Assembly: GCA_045641505.1 (NCBI GenBank)
Contig: JAZUHB010000045.1
Coordinates: 752 to 64,751 of the forward strand
From: Bianqueaceae bacterium
Lineage (GTDB): Bacteria; Bacillota; Clostridia; Lachnospirales; Bianqueaceae
Direction: 5' to 3'
DNA length: 64,000 nt
In this document: piece by piece, positions 25,830-33,977 of the stretch
Layout of the letters: every line of letters begins with the position of its first letter
How positions within the stretch are numbered: position 1 is the first letter of the stretch
Notes under the pieces: model-generated
Seen by the model: only the letters and a program-made list of their open reading frames with translations
Databases searched by the model: none
Told to the model about the DNA's origin: nothing
Program-made: the position numbers and the translations under genes

Positions 25830-26747
25830 TCAGCCGGGCGCCGGCCCGTCCGAGAGGCGCCGCGCGAGCTCGGTCAGGCCGCGCAGACGGGTCTCATATT
25901 CCGCCTCGCTTTTCGCGCCGAGGACGTCCGTTTCGAGCGAGAAAACACCCTGCCAGGCGGTCTCCCGGAGCGCCGCGGAAAACGCGGTCCAGTCGACCGT
26001 GCCCTCGCCGGGCAGCCGGTGCTCGTCCGCGCGCCCGCTGTTGTCGTGGACGTGGAGGATCTTCACCTCATCCGCCGCCTCGCGCAGGAATGCGCCGGGC
26101 GAGACGCCGAGGAAATTCGCGTGGCCGGTGTCGAGGCAGAGCCGAAGCGCGGGGCTTGCGAGCTCTCTCACGAAGCGGAGCTGCTCCTCCGGCGAGGACA
26201 GCGGCATCCGGCAGGGCATGTTCTCCAGGCAGACGACGGCGCCCTCCTCCTCCGCGGCCCGCGCGAGGCGCGCGAAGAACTCACGGTTCACGCGGAGCAT
26301 TTCGGAACGGATGGCTTCGGCGCGGATGGCTTCGGCCGGAAGACCGGGCTCCGCGAGACGCGCCGGAAGCATGGCTTCGGTGATCTGCGCCGGATCGTCG
26401 CCCAGCGGGTAGAGCGGATGGATGGCCATGTAGGGCGTGCCCAGAAGGCGCGCCGCCCGGAGCGCCCGACGCATTTTTTCGAAACGCTCGGCGCGGTCCT
26501 CCTCCGTCGCGTCCCGCTCGGGCCAGCGCCAGGGACCGTGGATCTGCGAGACGAAAAGCCCCGCTTCCCCGATCTGCGCGCGGACGCGGGCGAGGAAGAC
26601 CTCGGCTTCGGCCTCCGGCAGCGTGTAGGGGAGCGTCCCTGTGTCGCTCAGGTTCAGGTCGAGCGCGCCGATGCCGCAGCGCCGGAGCCGGCGGAGCCGC
26701 GCCGCGAAGGCCTCCTCCGGCAGGAGCTTCTGGCTGATGCCGATCAT
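25830..26747 (-). CDS. sugar phosphate isomerase/epimerase (xylose-isomerase-like TIM barrel)
   Basis: Start at the ATG that overlaps the LacI stop (ATGA). The upstream part of the 532-aa track ORF is an out-of-frame read across lacI. Motifs HPLYP, LENM, DTGHANF, HVHDN. Confidence 0.85.
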   Translation of the reverse strand: MIGISQKLLPEEAFAARLRRLRRCGIGALDLNLSDTGTLPYTLPEAEAEVFLARVRAQIGEAGLFVSQIHGPWRWPERDATEEDRAERFEKMRRALRAARLLGTPYMAIHPLYPLGDDPAQITEAMLPARLAEPGLPAEAIRAEAIRSEMLRVNREFFARLARAAEEEGAVVCLENMPCRMPLSSPEEQLRFVRELASPALRLCLDTGHANFLGVSPGAFLREAADEVKILHVHDNSGRADEHRLPGEGTVDWTAFSAALRETAWQGVFSLETDVLGAKSEAEYETRLRGLTELARRLSDGPAPG

Positions 26748-27739
26748 TGCAGTGTCGCGGTGGATTCGCGGACCACCAGCCGGGGATTCAGCGAGATGTT
26801 CTCGACGGGCTTGTTGGGCCGGGCCAGGCGCGCCATCATCAGGTCGCAGGCCAGCTCGCCCATGTCGCCGACGAAGTTCGTCACGGTCGTCAGCGGCGGG
26901 TCCATGTACTTGGCGGAATAGATATCGCTCGCGCTCACCACGGAGAAATCCTGCGGGACCGCGTAGCCGGCCCGCTTCGCCGCGTAGATCACGCCGCGGG
27001 CGATCTCGTCGTAGGCCGCATAGATCGCGGTCGGCAGCTCCTTGCAGGCGAGGATGCGGTTCATCCCCTCCTTGCCGCTCTTCTCGAAGCGACTGTCGGT
27101 GACCACGATGTATTCCTCGTTCACGGGCAGGCCGCGGTCGCGCAGATACTGCTCGAACGCCTGCCGCTTGTTCTCGGTCAGGGTCTCGCCCACGTAGCCG
27201 ATGCGGCGGTGCCCCAGCTTGATCAGGTGCTCGAGCGCCAGGTGGACGTACGAATCGGCGTCCATGCAGAGCGAGTCGCAGAGGTCGGTCTTCTCGACCA
27301 TGGACACCAGCAGGAAGGGCACGGTCTTGTTGTTCGTCACGAGGCGGCGGAAGGACTCCGTGACCTCCTCGTGCTCGGCGAAGCAGATCACGCCGCAGAC
27401 GCCGACCCGCAGCAGCTCCTTGATGCACTTCTCCTCCTGCTCCTCGGTGAAATCGGTGAGCATGAGCAGCATCTGCATCTTCTGCTCGCGCAGGGCCTTC
27501 CGCAGCGAATCCAGGATCATCACGTAGTACGAGCTGTTGAGCTCAGGCGCGACGACGCCGATCACGTTCGAGCGGCTCTTGGCCCGCTCGGTCTCGCGGA
27601 TTTCGTAGCCCATGCTCTCGGCGATCTGCTGGACGACCGCCACGGTTTGCTCGTTCAGCTCGCCGGTGTTGCGCAGGGCCTTGGAGACGGTGGGGACGCT
27701 GAGCCCGGCCGCCGCCGCGATGTCTTTCAGTTTGACCAT
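26744..27739 (-). CDS. LacI-family transcriptional regulator
   Basis: HTH MVKLKDIAAAAGLSVPTVSKALRN plus a periplasmic-binding-fold C-terminus. ATG at 27739 is preceded by GAAGGAAG; a GTG at 27757 is possible. Confidence 0.9.
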   Translation of the reverse strand: MVKLKDIAAAAGLSVPTVSKALRNTGELNEQTVAVVQQIAESMGYEIRETERAKSRSNVIGVVAPELNSSYYVMILDSLRKALREQKMQMLLMLTDFTEEQEEKCIKELLRVGVCGVICFAEHEEVTESFRRLVTNNKTVPFLLVSMVEKTDLCDSLCMDADSYVHLALEHLIKLGHRRIGYVGETLTENKRQAFEQYLRDRGLPVNEEYIVVTDSRFEKSGKEGMNRILACKELPTAIYAAYDEIARGVIYAAKRAGYAVPQDFSVVSASDIYSAKYMDPPLTTVTNFVGDMGELACDLMMARLARPNKPVENISLNPRLVVRESTATLQ

Positions 27740-27767
27740 TTCCGTTACTTCCTTCACGTTTTTTTAT

Positions 27768-27809
27768 ACTTTAGCAAGCGGAGTTTCGAAAGTCAAGATT
27801 GTTTCGAAA
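27768..27809 (-). promoter_or_regulatory. lacI promoter with two TTTCGAAA sites
   Basis: Minus strand reads TTGACT (27791-27796)-17 nt-TAAAGT (27768-27773). TTTCGAAA at 27784-27791 overlaps the -35/spacer; a second copy lies at 27802-27809. Confidence 0.45.
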
Positions 27810-28184
27810 ATGGGAGGCGGGGCGGATGGCCGCCGGATGGCGGCGGCCAGTCATTCATGGAAAAGCTCCGCGTTCCGCAGGCGACTTGAGTGATTTCGAC
27901 TTGTGTGTTTTCGACTTGAGTGTTTTTCCCGAAAAAAGTGTTTTTACACGCAATTTTGAGACCTGCGGTGAGTGGTTTTTCTAAAAAAAGTGACTTCCCA
28001 CCTATATTCTCCACGCGAGTTGTGTGGAATGACCGAAAAAAGCCGCCTTCGCACTCAACTAACCTCCAAAAGTTGTATGTTTTTTCCTGAAAAACCGGAT
28101 TTACACTCAACTGCGGCAATTGCGCCGCGGCCGCCCGCCCCAAAAAGGCTTGCCACGGTTGCCTTCCAAAGCTACCCCACAAAA

Positions 28185-28206
28185 AAAGGACCCCGCGGGG
28201 TCCTTT
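28185..28206. terminator. bidirectional terminator (22-bp perfect palindrome)
   Basis: AAAGGACCCCG/CGGGGTCCTTT flanked by an A-run and a T-run, immediately downstream of the minus-strand gene ending at 28210. Confidence 0.75.
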
Positions 28207-28209
28207 TCA

Positions 28210-29007
28210 TCATTTTCGGATCGGCACGTTCTCCTCGACCAGGTTCAGCAGGCGCACCATCATCTCGCAGTCGCGGAGCGTGTCGCGGGAGCAGGGGGCG
28301 AGCGGCGTCAGCAGGAGCTTCACGCCCGATTCCGCGCACTCCTCGAAGAACTGCGTCTTCAGGTCGGGCAGCGGATACCAGAGCCAGGCGCCATCGACAG
28401 CCGCCGCGCGAAGCTCATCGACATCCGCGGCGCGGCGCCCATCGACACCCGCGGCGCGGCGCCCGACGTCCTCCGCGAGAATCTCCTCCTTGCAGCCGAG
28501 CGGGCCCTGCAGGTACGTGAAGCGGACCGGGCGGCCGTGCAGCTCCTCCGCGAGGAAGCGGAGCGCCCGCGCGAGCTCGCGGACCGGGCCCTCGGTCACG
28601 CCGGCGCAGAAGCCGTTCATGATGCCCTTCGGAAGGAGCGCGCCGCGCAGGGTGTTGTCCGGCTGCGAGCGGGCGAGCTCGAGGGTGTTCAGCGCCTCGT
28701 CCGGCGCGCCGAGAAGCAGGCGGCCGTTCCAGGCGAGGGGAATCCAGCAGAGCAGCCGCCGGCCGGCCGCGTCCTCGAGCCAAAGCTCCGCGAAGGGCGG
28801 GAGGCGCTTCACGCGGGGACGCAGGAAGCCGCCGCGGTACGAGCCGCGGAAGAAGCGGCGGAGCCTCAGCAGGCGAAGGCCCGGCAGCGCCCCGGCGAGC
28901 TTCGCCGCGAGCTCCTCCGCCGCGCCGCGCTCCCAAAGCCGGGCGCAGAGGCCTTCCGTGTCCTCATAGGAAAGGGTATCGAAATAGACGTGGCAATCCT
29001 GTTCCAA
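28210..29007 (-). CDS. hypothetical protein (265 aa, no recognisable domain)
   Basis: Only long ORF with a coding-like composition here. Tightly spaced (15 nt) behind the EamA gene. Confidence 0.55.
   Translation of the reverse strand: MEQDCHVYFDTLSYEDTEGLCARLWERGAAEELAAKLAGALPGLRLLRLRRFFRGSYRGGFLRPRVKRLPPFAELWLEDAAGRRLLCWIPLAWNGRLLLGAPDEALNTLELARSQPDNTLRGALLPKGIMNGFCAGVTEGPVRELARALRFLAEELHGRPVRFTYLQGPLGCKEEILAEDVGRRAAGVDGRRAADVDELRAAAVDGAWLWYPLPDLKTQFFEECAESGVKLLLTPLAPCSRDTLRDCEMMVRLLNLVEENVPIRK
28393..28464. repeat. 3 x 24-bp in-frame tandem repeat
   Basis: ATCGACAGCCGCCGCGCGAAGCTC / ATCGACATCCGCGGCGCGGCGCCC / ATCGACACCCGCGGCGCGGCGCCC. Confidence 0.85.
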
Positions 29008-29022
29008 AATGCTCGTTTCCTT

Positions 29023-30033
29023 TCAGTTGATGTCCGAATCGGCGGAATCCGGCGCTTCCGCCGACTCCGTCGAGGGCGCGAGCGCAGCAGACTCAAGTGT
29101 CGTCGGCTCCGTCGCGGGCGCGAGCGCAGCAGACCCAAGTGTCGCCGGCTCCGTCCGCTTCTCCGGCAGCTCCGCGACGAGGGCCGCGCCCAGAATCAGC
29201 GCCGCGCCAATCCAGCCCCAGAGCGACAGCGGCTCCGCCAGCAGGAAGAACGACAGCAGCACCGCGGTCAGCGGGTCGATGTAGCTCATGAACGCGACGG
29301 TCGAGGCCGGGAGCCGGCCCATCGAGCTGAAATACAGCAGATACGCGACGCCCGTGTTCACGACGCCGAGCCAGAGCAGCACCCAGACCGACGCGCCGCC
29401 GCGCAGGGGCGCGAAGTCCTCCGTGAGAAGCAGGTAGGGCAGGATGATCGCCGCGGCCGCCGCGAGCTGGATCACCGTCCGCTCGAGGCCCGTGGGACCG
29501 TCCGGCGCGGTCTTGTTGAGCAGGATCACCGCCGCGTAGAAGAGCGCGGCGCCGAGCGCCAGGATCACGCCGAGCGCGTGCTCGCCGCCGAGGCCGCGGA
29601 GTCCCCCCGGGATCACGCCGGAGACCAGCGCCATGCCGGCGCAGGCGCAGAGCACGCAAAGGAGCTTGCGGAGCGTCAGGCGCTCCTTCAGCACGAGCGG
29701 CGCGAGCAGCAGCACGATCATCGGCGCCATGTAGTAGCAAAGCGTCGAGACCGCGACGGTGGTGTGCCGGTAAGCCTCGAACAGGAGAATCCAGTTCACG
29801 CCGATCGCCGCGCCCGAGAGCGCGAGACGCAGCCAGGTCCGCGCCGGGAGGCCCCGCGTGAAGCGGCGCCCCGTGACACCCATCGCGAGGAGGAGCACCA
29901 GGCTCCCCAGCAGGCCGCGCGCGAAGCAGATCGCCGCGGCGGAAAAATCGCAGAAGCGGCTGACGATGCCGCCGGTGCCGAAGATCAGCACCGCGAGGAG
30001 CATCTGCAGCCGGGCCGATAAGTCTTTTTTCAT
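29023..30033 (-). CDS. EamA/DMT-family transporter with a repetitive C-terminal tail
   Basis: Ten hydrophobic helices typical of a 2 x EamA arrangement. Tail reads EPATLGSAALAPATEPTTLESAALAPSTESAEAPDSADSDIN. Confidence 0.85.
   Translation of the reverse strand: MKKDLSARLQMLLAVLIFGTGGIVSRFCDFSAAAICFARGLLGSLVLLLAMGVTGRRFTRGLPARTWLRLALSGAAIGVNWILLFEAYRHTTVAVSTLCYYMAPMIVLLLAPLVLKERLTLRKLLCVLCACAGMALVSGVIPGGLRGLGGEHALGVILALGAALFYAAVILLNKTAPDGPTGLERTVIQLAAAAAIILPYLLLTEDFAPLRGGASVWVLLWLGVVNTGVAYLLYFSSMGRLPASTVAFMSYIDPLTAVLLSFFLLAEPLSLWGWIGAALILGAALVAELPEKRTEPATLGSAALAPATEPTTLESAALAPSTESAEAPDSADSDIN
29065..29160. repeat. ~2.3 x 42-bp in-frame tandem repeat in the transporter tail
   Basis: 29065-29106 and 29107-29148 differ at 4 positions. 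Confidence 0.85.
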
Positions 30034-30051
30034 GCCTGCCTCGACGCCCCG

Positions 30052-30864
30052 TCAGTCTTCCTTCTCAGGGATGAAGCCCTCGAAGATCGTGGTGACGCCC
30101 AGCGCCCGGTTCTCGAGCAGACGCTCCGGCTCCGTGACGGTCCACTCGACCGCCACCGCGCCGAAGAGCTTCTCGCAGAGCTGCACCGCGAGTTCCTTCC
30201 GGGAGGTATGGTAATCGTAGGCGATGAAATGGGGCCGGCCGGCGAAGTTCATCAGCAAAAGCCCCGCGACGACGTTCAGGAGCTTCGGCTCCTGCGCCGA
30301 GATGGAAAGCTGCCCGCGGCCGACCTTCGGCCGGTTCCAGCGCACCCACCAGAGGGCCCGGGGATCGAAGGATTCCACGTAATAGGGACCCTCGTAGAGG
30401 TCGAGCTCCTCGAAGACCCGCTTCGACAGCGCGGCGCCGTTGTTGCCGTCGCACTTGATTTCGATGCACAGCGGGACCTGACCGCGGATCAGCGACAGGA
30501 ACTCCCCGAAGGTCGGGATGCGCTCGTCCGTGCCGAGGAGCCGAAGCTCGCGAAGCTCCGCCAGGGTCATCTTGCTGACGCGGCCGCTCACGCCCGTCAT
30601 GCGCAGCGTCTCCGCGTCGTGGAAGACGACGAGCTGCCCGTCCGCCGTGAGCTGCACGTCCATCTCCATGCCGAAGCCGTGGTCGATGGCCCGCTGAAAG
30701 GCGGCGAGGCTGTTCTCCGGAATGCCCGCGGCGTTGTCGTGGAGGCCCCGGTGCGCGAGGTCCTGCCGGCCGATCGCGGTGATGGTTCCGTTATGCTTCC
30801 AGGACGGCGAGATCAGATAGAAATAGAGCGCGATGAGCGCGAGAACGACATACAGAATCCACAT
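30052..30864 (-). CDS. membrane-anchored glycerophosphodiester phosphodiesterase (GDPD family)
   Basis: N-terminal TM helix; HRGLHDN..IPENSL...EMDVQLTADGQLVVFHD. Confidence 0.85.
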   Translation of the reverse strand: MWILYVVLALIALYFYLISPSWKHNGTITAIGRQDLAHRGLHDNAAGIPENSLAAFQRAIDHGFGMEMDVQLTADGQLVVFHDAETLRMTGVSGRVSKMTLAELRELRLLGTDERIPTFGEFLSLIRGQVPLCIEIKCDGNNGAALSKRVFEELDLYEGPYYVESFDPRALWWVRWNRPKVGRGQLSISAQEPKLLNVVAGLLLMNFAGRPHFIAYDYHTSRKELAVQLCEKLFGAVAVEWTVTEPERLLENRALGVTTIFEGFIPEKED

Positions 30865-30876
30865 GGCAGTCTCCTT

Positions 30877-31698
30877 TCAATTCCGGGCGCTTTCGAGGCG
30901 CCAGAGCTCCGCAAGCTCCGCGAGATCCCGCACCGCCAGGGTCGGTTTCGTTTCGGAGCGGGCCAGGTCCTCCTCCGAGGTCTCGCCGCAGAGGACCAGG
31001 ACGGTATCGATGCCCGCGTTCACGCCGCAGGCGATGTCGGTGTAGATCCGGTCGCCGATCAGGAGCGTCTCCTCCGGCGCGCAGCCCGCAAGCGCCATCG
31101 CCGCGCGGGCCATCAGCGGTTCAGGCTTGCCGACGAAATCAGGCCGCCGCCCTGTCGCCCGCGTGATCATCTCGCAGACCGAGCCGCAGTCCGGCACGAA
31201 GCCGTACCAGGTCGGGCAGACCCAGTCGGGATTGGTGGCCACCCAGGGCAGCCCCCGTCCCAGCAGGATGCAGACGTCCTCGAGCTTCCGGAAGGTGAGC
31301 TCGCGGTCGAAGCCGGAGAGCACCAGCTCGATGCCGTCCTCGAGCTCCGTTGTGACGTTGAAGCCCGCTTCCTCCATCTGCGTGAGGAAGGAACGGGTGC
31401 CGGCCAGGTAGATGCGCATCGACCGCGCCCGCTCGCCGAAGCGCTCCCGGAGATAGAGGACCGTGGCGTCGACGGAGGTGAAAAAATCCTCCGGCTCCGC
31501 GGGCAGTCCCAGCCGCCGCAGCTTCTCCAGATAGCCGCCGATCCCGCGCGACGAGTTGTTCGTCACGTAAAGATACCGGCCGCCGGTCCCGCGGACGCGG
31601 CGCAGGAACTCCGCCGCGCCGGGCAGCAGTTCCTCGTCCAGGTAGAGCGTTCCGTCCATGTCGAGGAGGAACAGTTTTTTCTTGCAAAGGGAAAGCAT
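30877..31698 (-). CDS. HAD-IIA family sugar-phosphatase-like hydrolase (NagD-like)
   Basis: LLDMDGTLY motif I, VTNNS, GKP, GDRIYTDI. Start at the ATG preceded by GGGAGGA; the ORF is open to 31758. Confidence 0.85.
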   Translation of the reverse strand: MLSLCKKKLFLLDMDGTLYLDEELLPGAAEFLRRVRGTGGRYLYVTNNSSRGIGGYLEKLRRLGLPAEPEDFFTSVDATVLYLRERFGERARSMRIYLAGTRSFLTQMEEAGFNVTTELEDGIELVLSGFDRELTFRKLEDVCILLGRGLPWVATNPDWVCPTWYGFVPDCGSVCEMITRATGRRPDFVGKPEPLMARAAMALAGCAPEETLLIGDRIYTDIACGVNAGIDTVLVLCGETSEEDLARSETKPTLAVRDLAELAELWRLESARN

Positions 31699-31800
31699 GG
31701 GATCCTCCCGGAAAAACATTCTTTCCGCCATTATAGCCGCTCGGGGCGCTTTACGCAAGAGAAGAGCCGCCCCGGGCGGGACGGCTCCTCAGTCAAAAGC

Positions 31801-32610
31801 TTACTTCTTCTTTTTCTTGGAAAGCAGGATGATTACCAGCGCGATTACCAGCACGGCAGCGCCAATCCCGACGTACAGCCAGGGGAAATTGGCCGCGGGA
31901 ACGGGCTCGGGCTCGGACTCCTCAGCGGGTTTGGATTCCTCGGCAGGCTTGGACTCCTCGGCGGGCTGGGACTCTTCCTCAGACTCCTCCTTGGATTCCT
32001 CGACCGGCGCGATGCTTTCCTCCTCACCCTCTACGTAGAAGATGAGATCGACAGGCAGGTAGTCGATGCCGGGCGCTTCGGTGAAGATCCAGCTGCCGTC
32101 AGCCAGATTCAGATTCACGTAGCCGACGAACGAGAGCTCAGGCTCGGTCGTCACGGCGGAGCTGTCATAGAACTTGTCGAAGGGGCCGTAGAAGTCGGAG
32201 CAGAGGTAATAGGTCTTGCCCGCCTCCAGGGTCACGTACTCGTATTTCTCCAGATAGGCATACTCGAAGGTGCCGTCGACGGAGTCCTCATAGCCCTGCA
32301 CGGCCACGCCGGAAAGAACCAGGGAACCGTCGGCCTCCGTGATGAGGAACGCGTGGGAGATGTTGCCGGCGGAGAAGAACATGCGGCCGACAGCCGTCAC
32401 GGTGATGTCCTTGTCGCCGATCTGAATCGCGGCGCCGGCCCAACCGACCTCGATGGGATTCGCGTCGCCTTCGACGTTGCGCTCACCGGTCAGCGTAATT
32501 TCCTTGACCGCCTTCTTGCCCTTGCCGGCCGCAGAGGACGGAAGGATCAGCCCGGTCACGAGCAGAACGGAGACCAAAAGAGCTGCCAAAATTTTGACTT
32601 TGTTTTTCAT
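31801..32610 (-). CDS. surface protein: signal peptide, one copy of an unassigned ~150-aa 'GWAG' domain, (ESKPAE)n stalk, C-terminal TM anchor
   Basis: Domain is homologous to both halves of the next gene. C-terminus WLYVGIGAAVLVIALVIILLSKKKKK. Confidence 0.75.
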   Translation of the reverse strand: MKNKVKILAALLVSVLLVTGLILPSSAAGKGKKAVKEITLTGERNVEGDANPIEVGWAGAAIQIGDKDITVTAVGRMFFSAGNISHAFLITEADGSLVLSGVAVQGYEDSVDGTFEYAYLEKYEYVTLEAGKTYYLCSDFYGPFDKFYDSSAVTTEPELSFVGYVNLNLADGSWIFTEAPGIDYLPVDLIFYVEGEEESIAPVEESKEESEEESQPAEESKPAEESKPAEESEPEPVPAANFPWLYVGIGAAVLVIALVIILLSKKKKK

Positions 32611-32631
32611 GTAAATCACCTCAGAATAGAA

Positions 32632-33954
32632 TCAGGCGTTCCGGCGGCGCTTGCTCAGCAGGATAGCCAGAGCGCCGAAGGAAAGGATCAGGACGGCGGA
32701 AACGACCAGCAGGCTGTTGTCGCCGGTGTTCGGAAGGGCCAGGTAGCAGAAGTCCACAGGACCCCAGCCGGTGTTCTCGGCCTCGAAGAAATCGTAACCT
32801 CCGGTACCGTTCACGATTGCGATACCGTCGATGGTCGCGACACCGGTGTGCTGCTGCACGGCGCCGGCGTAGAACTTATCGGTCGGGCCCCAGAAGTCGC
32901 CGATGAGGTAATAGCGCTGACCGGCTCTCAGGGTAATGGGACCGCCCGCCAGATTGCCGTACACGAAACCTTCGGAGCTGCGGGTACCGACAACGGCGGT
33001 GCCGAGGATCGTACCGTCCTCAGCCGCGATCATCAGGTTGTGGCTCGCGTTGCTGTTGGGCGTATACCAACGGCCGAGACGGGTCACGGTCACATCGGCA
33101 GAGCCGACGGTAATGCGCATTCCGGCCCAGCCTGCAGGCATATTCACTTCCGCGCCCACATTGCCGGGGCCGCCCAGCTCCACGCCGGTCGTGAAGGCAC
33201 GCTCGACGTATTCGGGCTCCTCAGGCTCAGGCTCGCTGCTCTCGGGCTCAGGCTCGGACTCGGGTTCGGTGCTCTCAGGCTCGCTGCTTTCGGGCTCGGA
33301 TTCAGACTCGGGCTCAGACTCAGGCTCAGTGCTTTCGGGCTCGGACTCAGGCTCGGACTCGGATTCGGATTCCTCCTCTTCCAGCACGATGTAGGTCAGG
33401 TCGAGAGGACCCCAGCTGTTGTTGGCAGTGCCGGCAATCAGCGAATAGGTGCCGATGACGATGCCGTCGACCGAGATATCGTCGCAGGCAACGATGGGAT
33501 TGTGGGCGTAGAACTTATCGGTATCGCCCCAGTAATCCGACACGAAATAGTAACTGGTATTCGCCTGAAGGATCACGTCGCCGCCGGTAACCGACGCGTA
33601 CACGAAACCGTCTGCCTGTCCGGCAGTCGCGTTGGTGACTGCCTGGCCGTATTGCATGACCAGAGAGCCGTCCATGTTCGCAATCAGGAAATTATGGGTC
33701 AGGTTGCTGCCGGCCGTATACCAGCGCCCGACGGAAAGGACCTGAATGTCCTCGTCCCCGACCGTAATCTGCATACCGGCCCAACCGTTCGGCATGCTGA
33801 CTTCTCCGCCGACGTTGCCTTCCCCGTAGGGACCGTCCAGAGAGACGGTCAGATGCTGTTCGGCAGGATCAGCCGAAACGGTCCGAAGCTTCAGCCCAAA
33901 GCCGAAGATGACGGCGACGCTCAGCAGAATGCAAAGCCATTTGATCTTTTTCAT
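32632..33954 (-). CDS. LPXTG cell-wall-anchored protein with two copies of the same 'GWAG' domain
   Basis: Signal peptide, two homologous ~150-aa modules split by a (SEPE)n linker, sorting signal LPNTGD plus hydrophobic stretch plus KRRRNA. Confidence 0.8.
   Translation of the reverse strand: MKKIKWLCILLSVAVIFGFGLKLRTVSADPAEQHLTVSLDGPYGEGNVGGEVSMPNGWAGMQITVGDEDIQVLSVGRWYTAGSNLTHNFLIANMDGSLVMQYGQAVTNATAGQADGFVYASVTGGDVILQANTSYYFVSDYWGDTDKFYAHNPIVACDDISVDGIVIGTYSLIAGTANNSWGPLDLTYIVLEEEESESESEPESEPESTEPESEPESESEPESSEPESTEPESEPEPESSEPEPEEPEYVERAFTTGVELGGPGNVGAEVNMPAGWAGMRITVGSADVTVTRLGRWYTPNSNASHNLMIAAEDGTILGTAVVGTRSSEGFVYGNLAGGPITLRAGQRYYLIGDFWGPTDKFYAGAVQQHTGVATIDGIAIVNGTGGYDFFEAENTGWGPVDFCYLALPNTGDNSLLVVSAVLILSFGALAILLSKRRRNA
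33205..33385. repeat. (SEPE)n-coding array, same nucleotide unit type as in the giant gene
   Basis: GGCTCGGACTCGGG-type units seen directly. Confidence 0.85.
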
Positions 33955-33977
33955 CGTTGTTCCTCCTATACTTTTTA

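Noticed and set aside
25830-27428. 532-aa minus-strand ORF taken at face value
   Set aside because: Its N-terminal 227 residues are an Arg/Pro/Gly-rich out-of-frame read across the LacI gene. The real isomerase/epimerase starts at the ATG at 26747, which overlaps the lacI stop.
27793-28182. 129-aa minus-strand ORF upstream of lacI
   Set aside because: It has no RBS and a composition unlike the neighbouring genes. It crosses repeat words and ends inside the terminator region, so I treated the region as non-coding.
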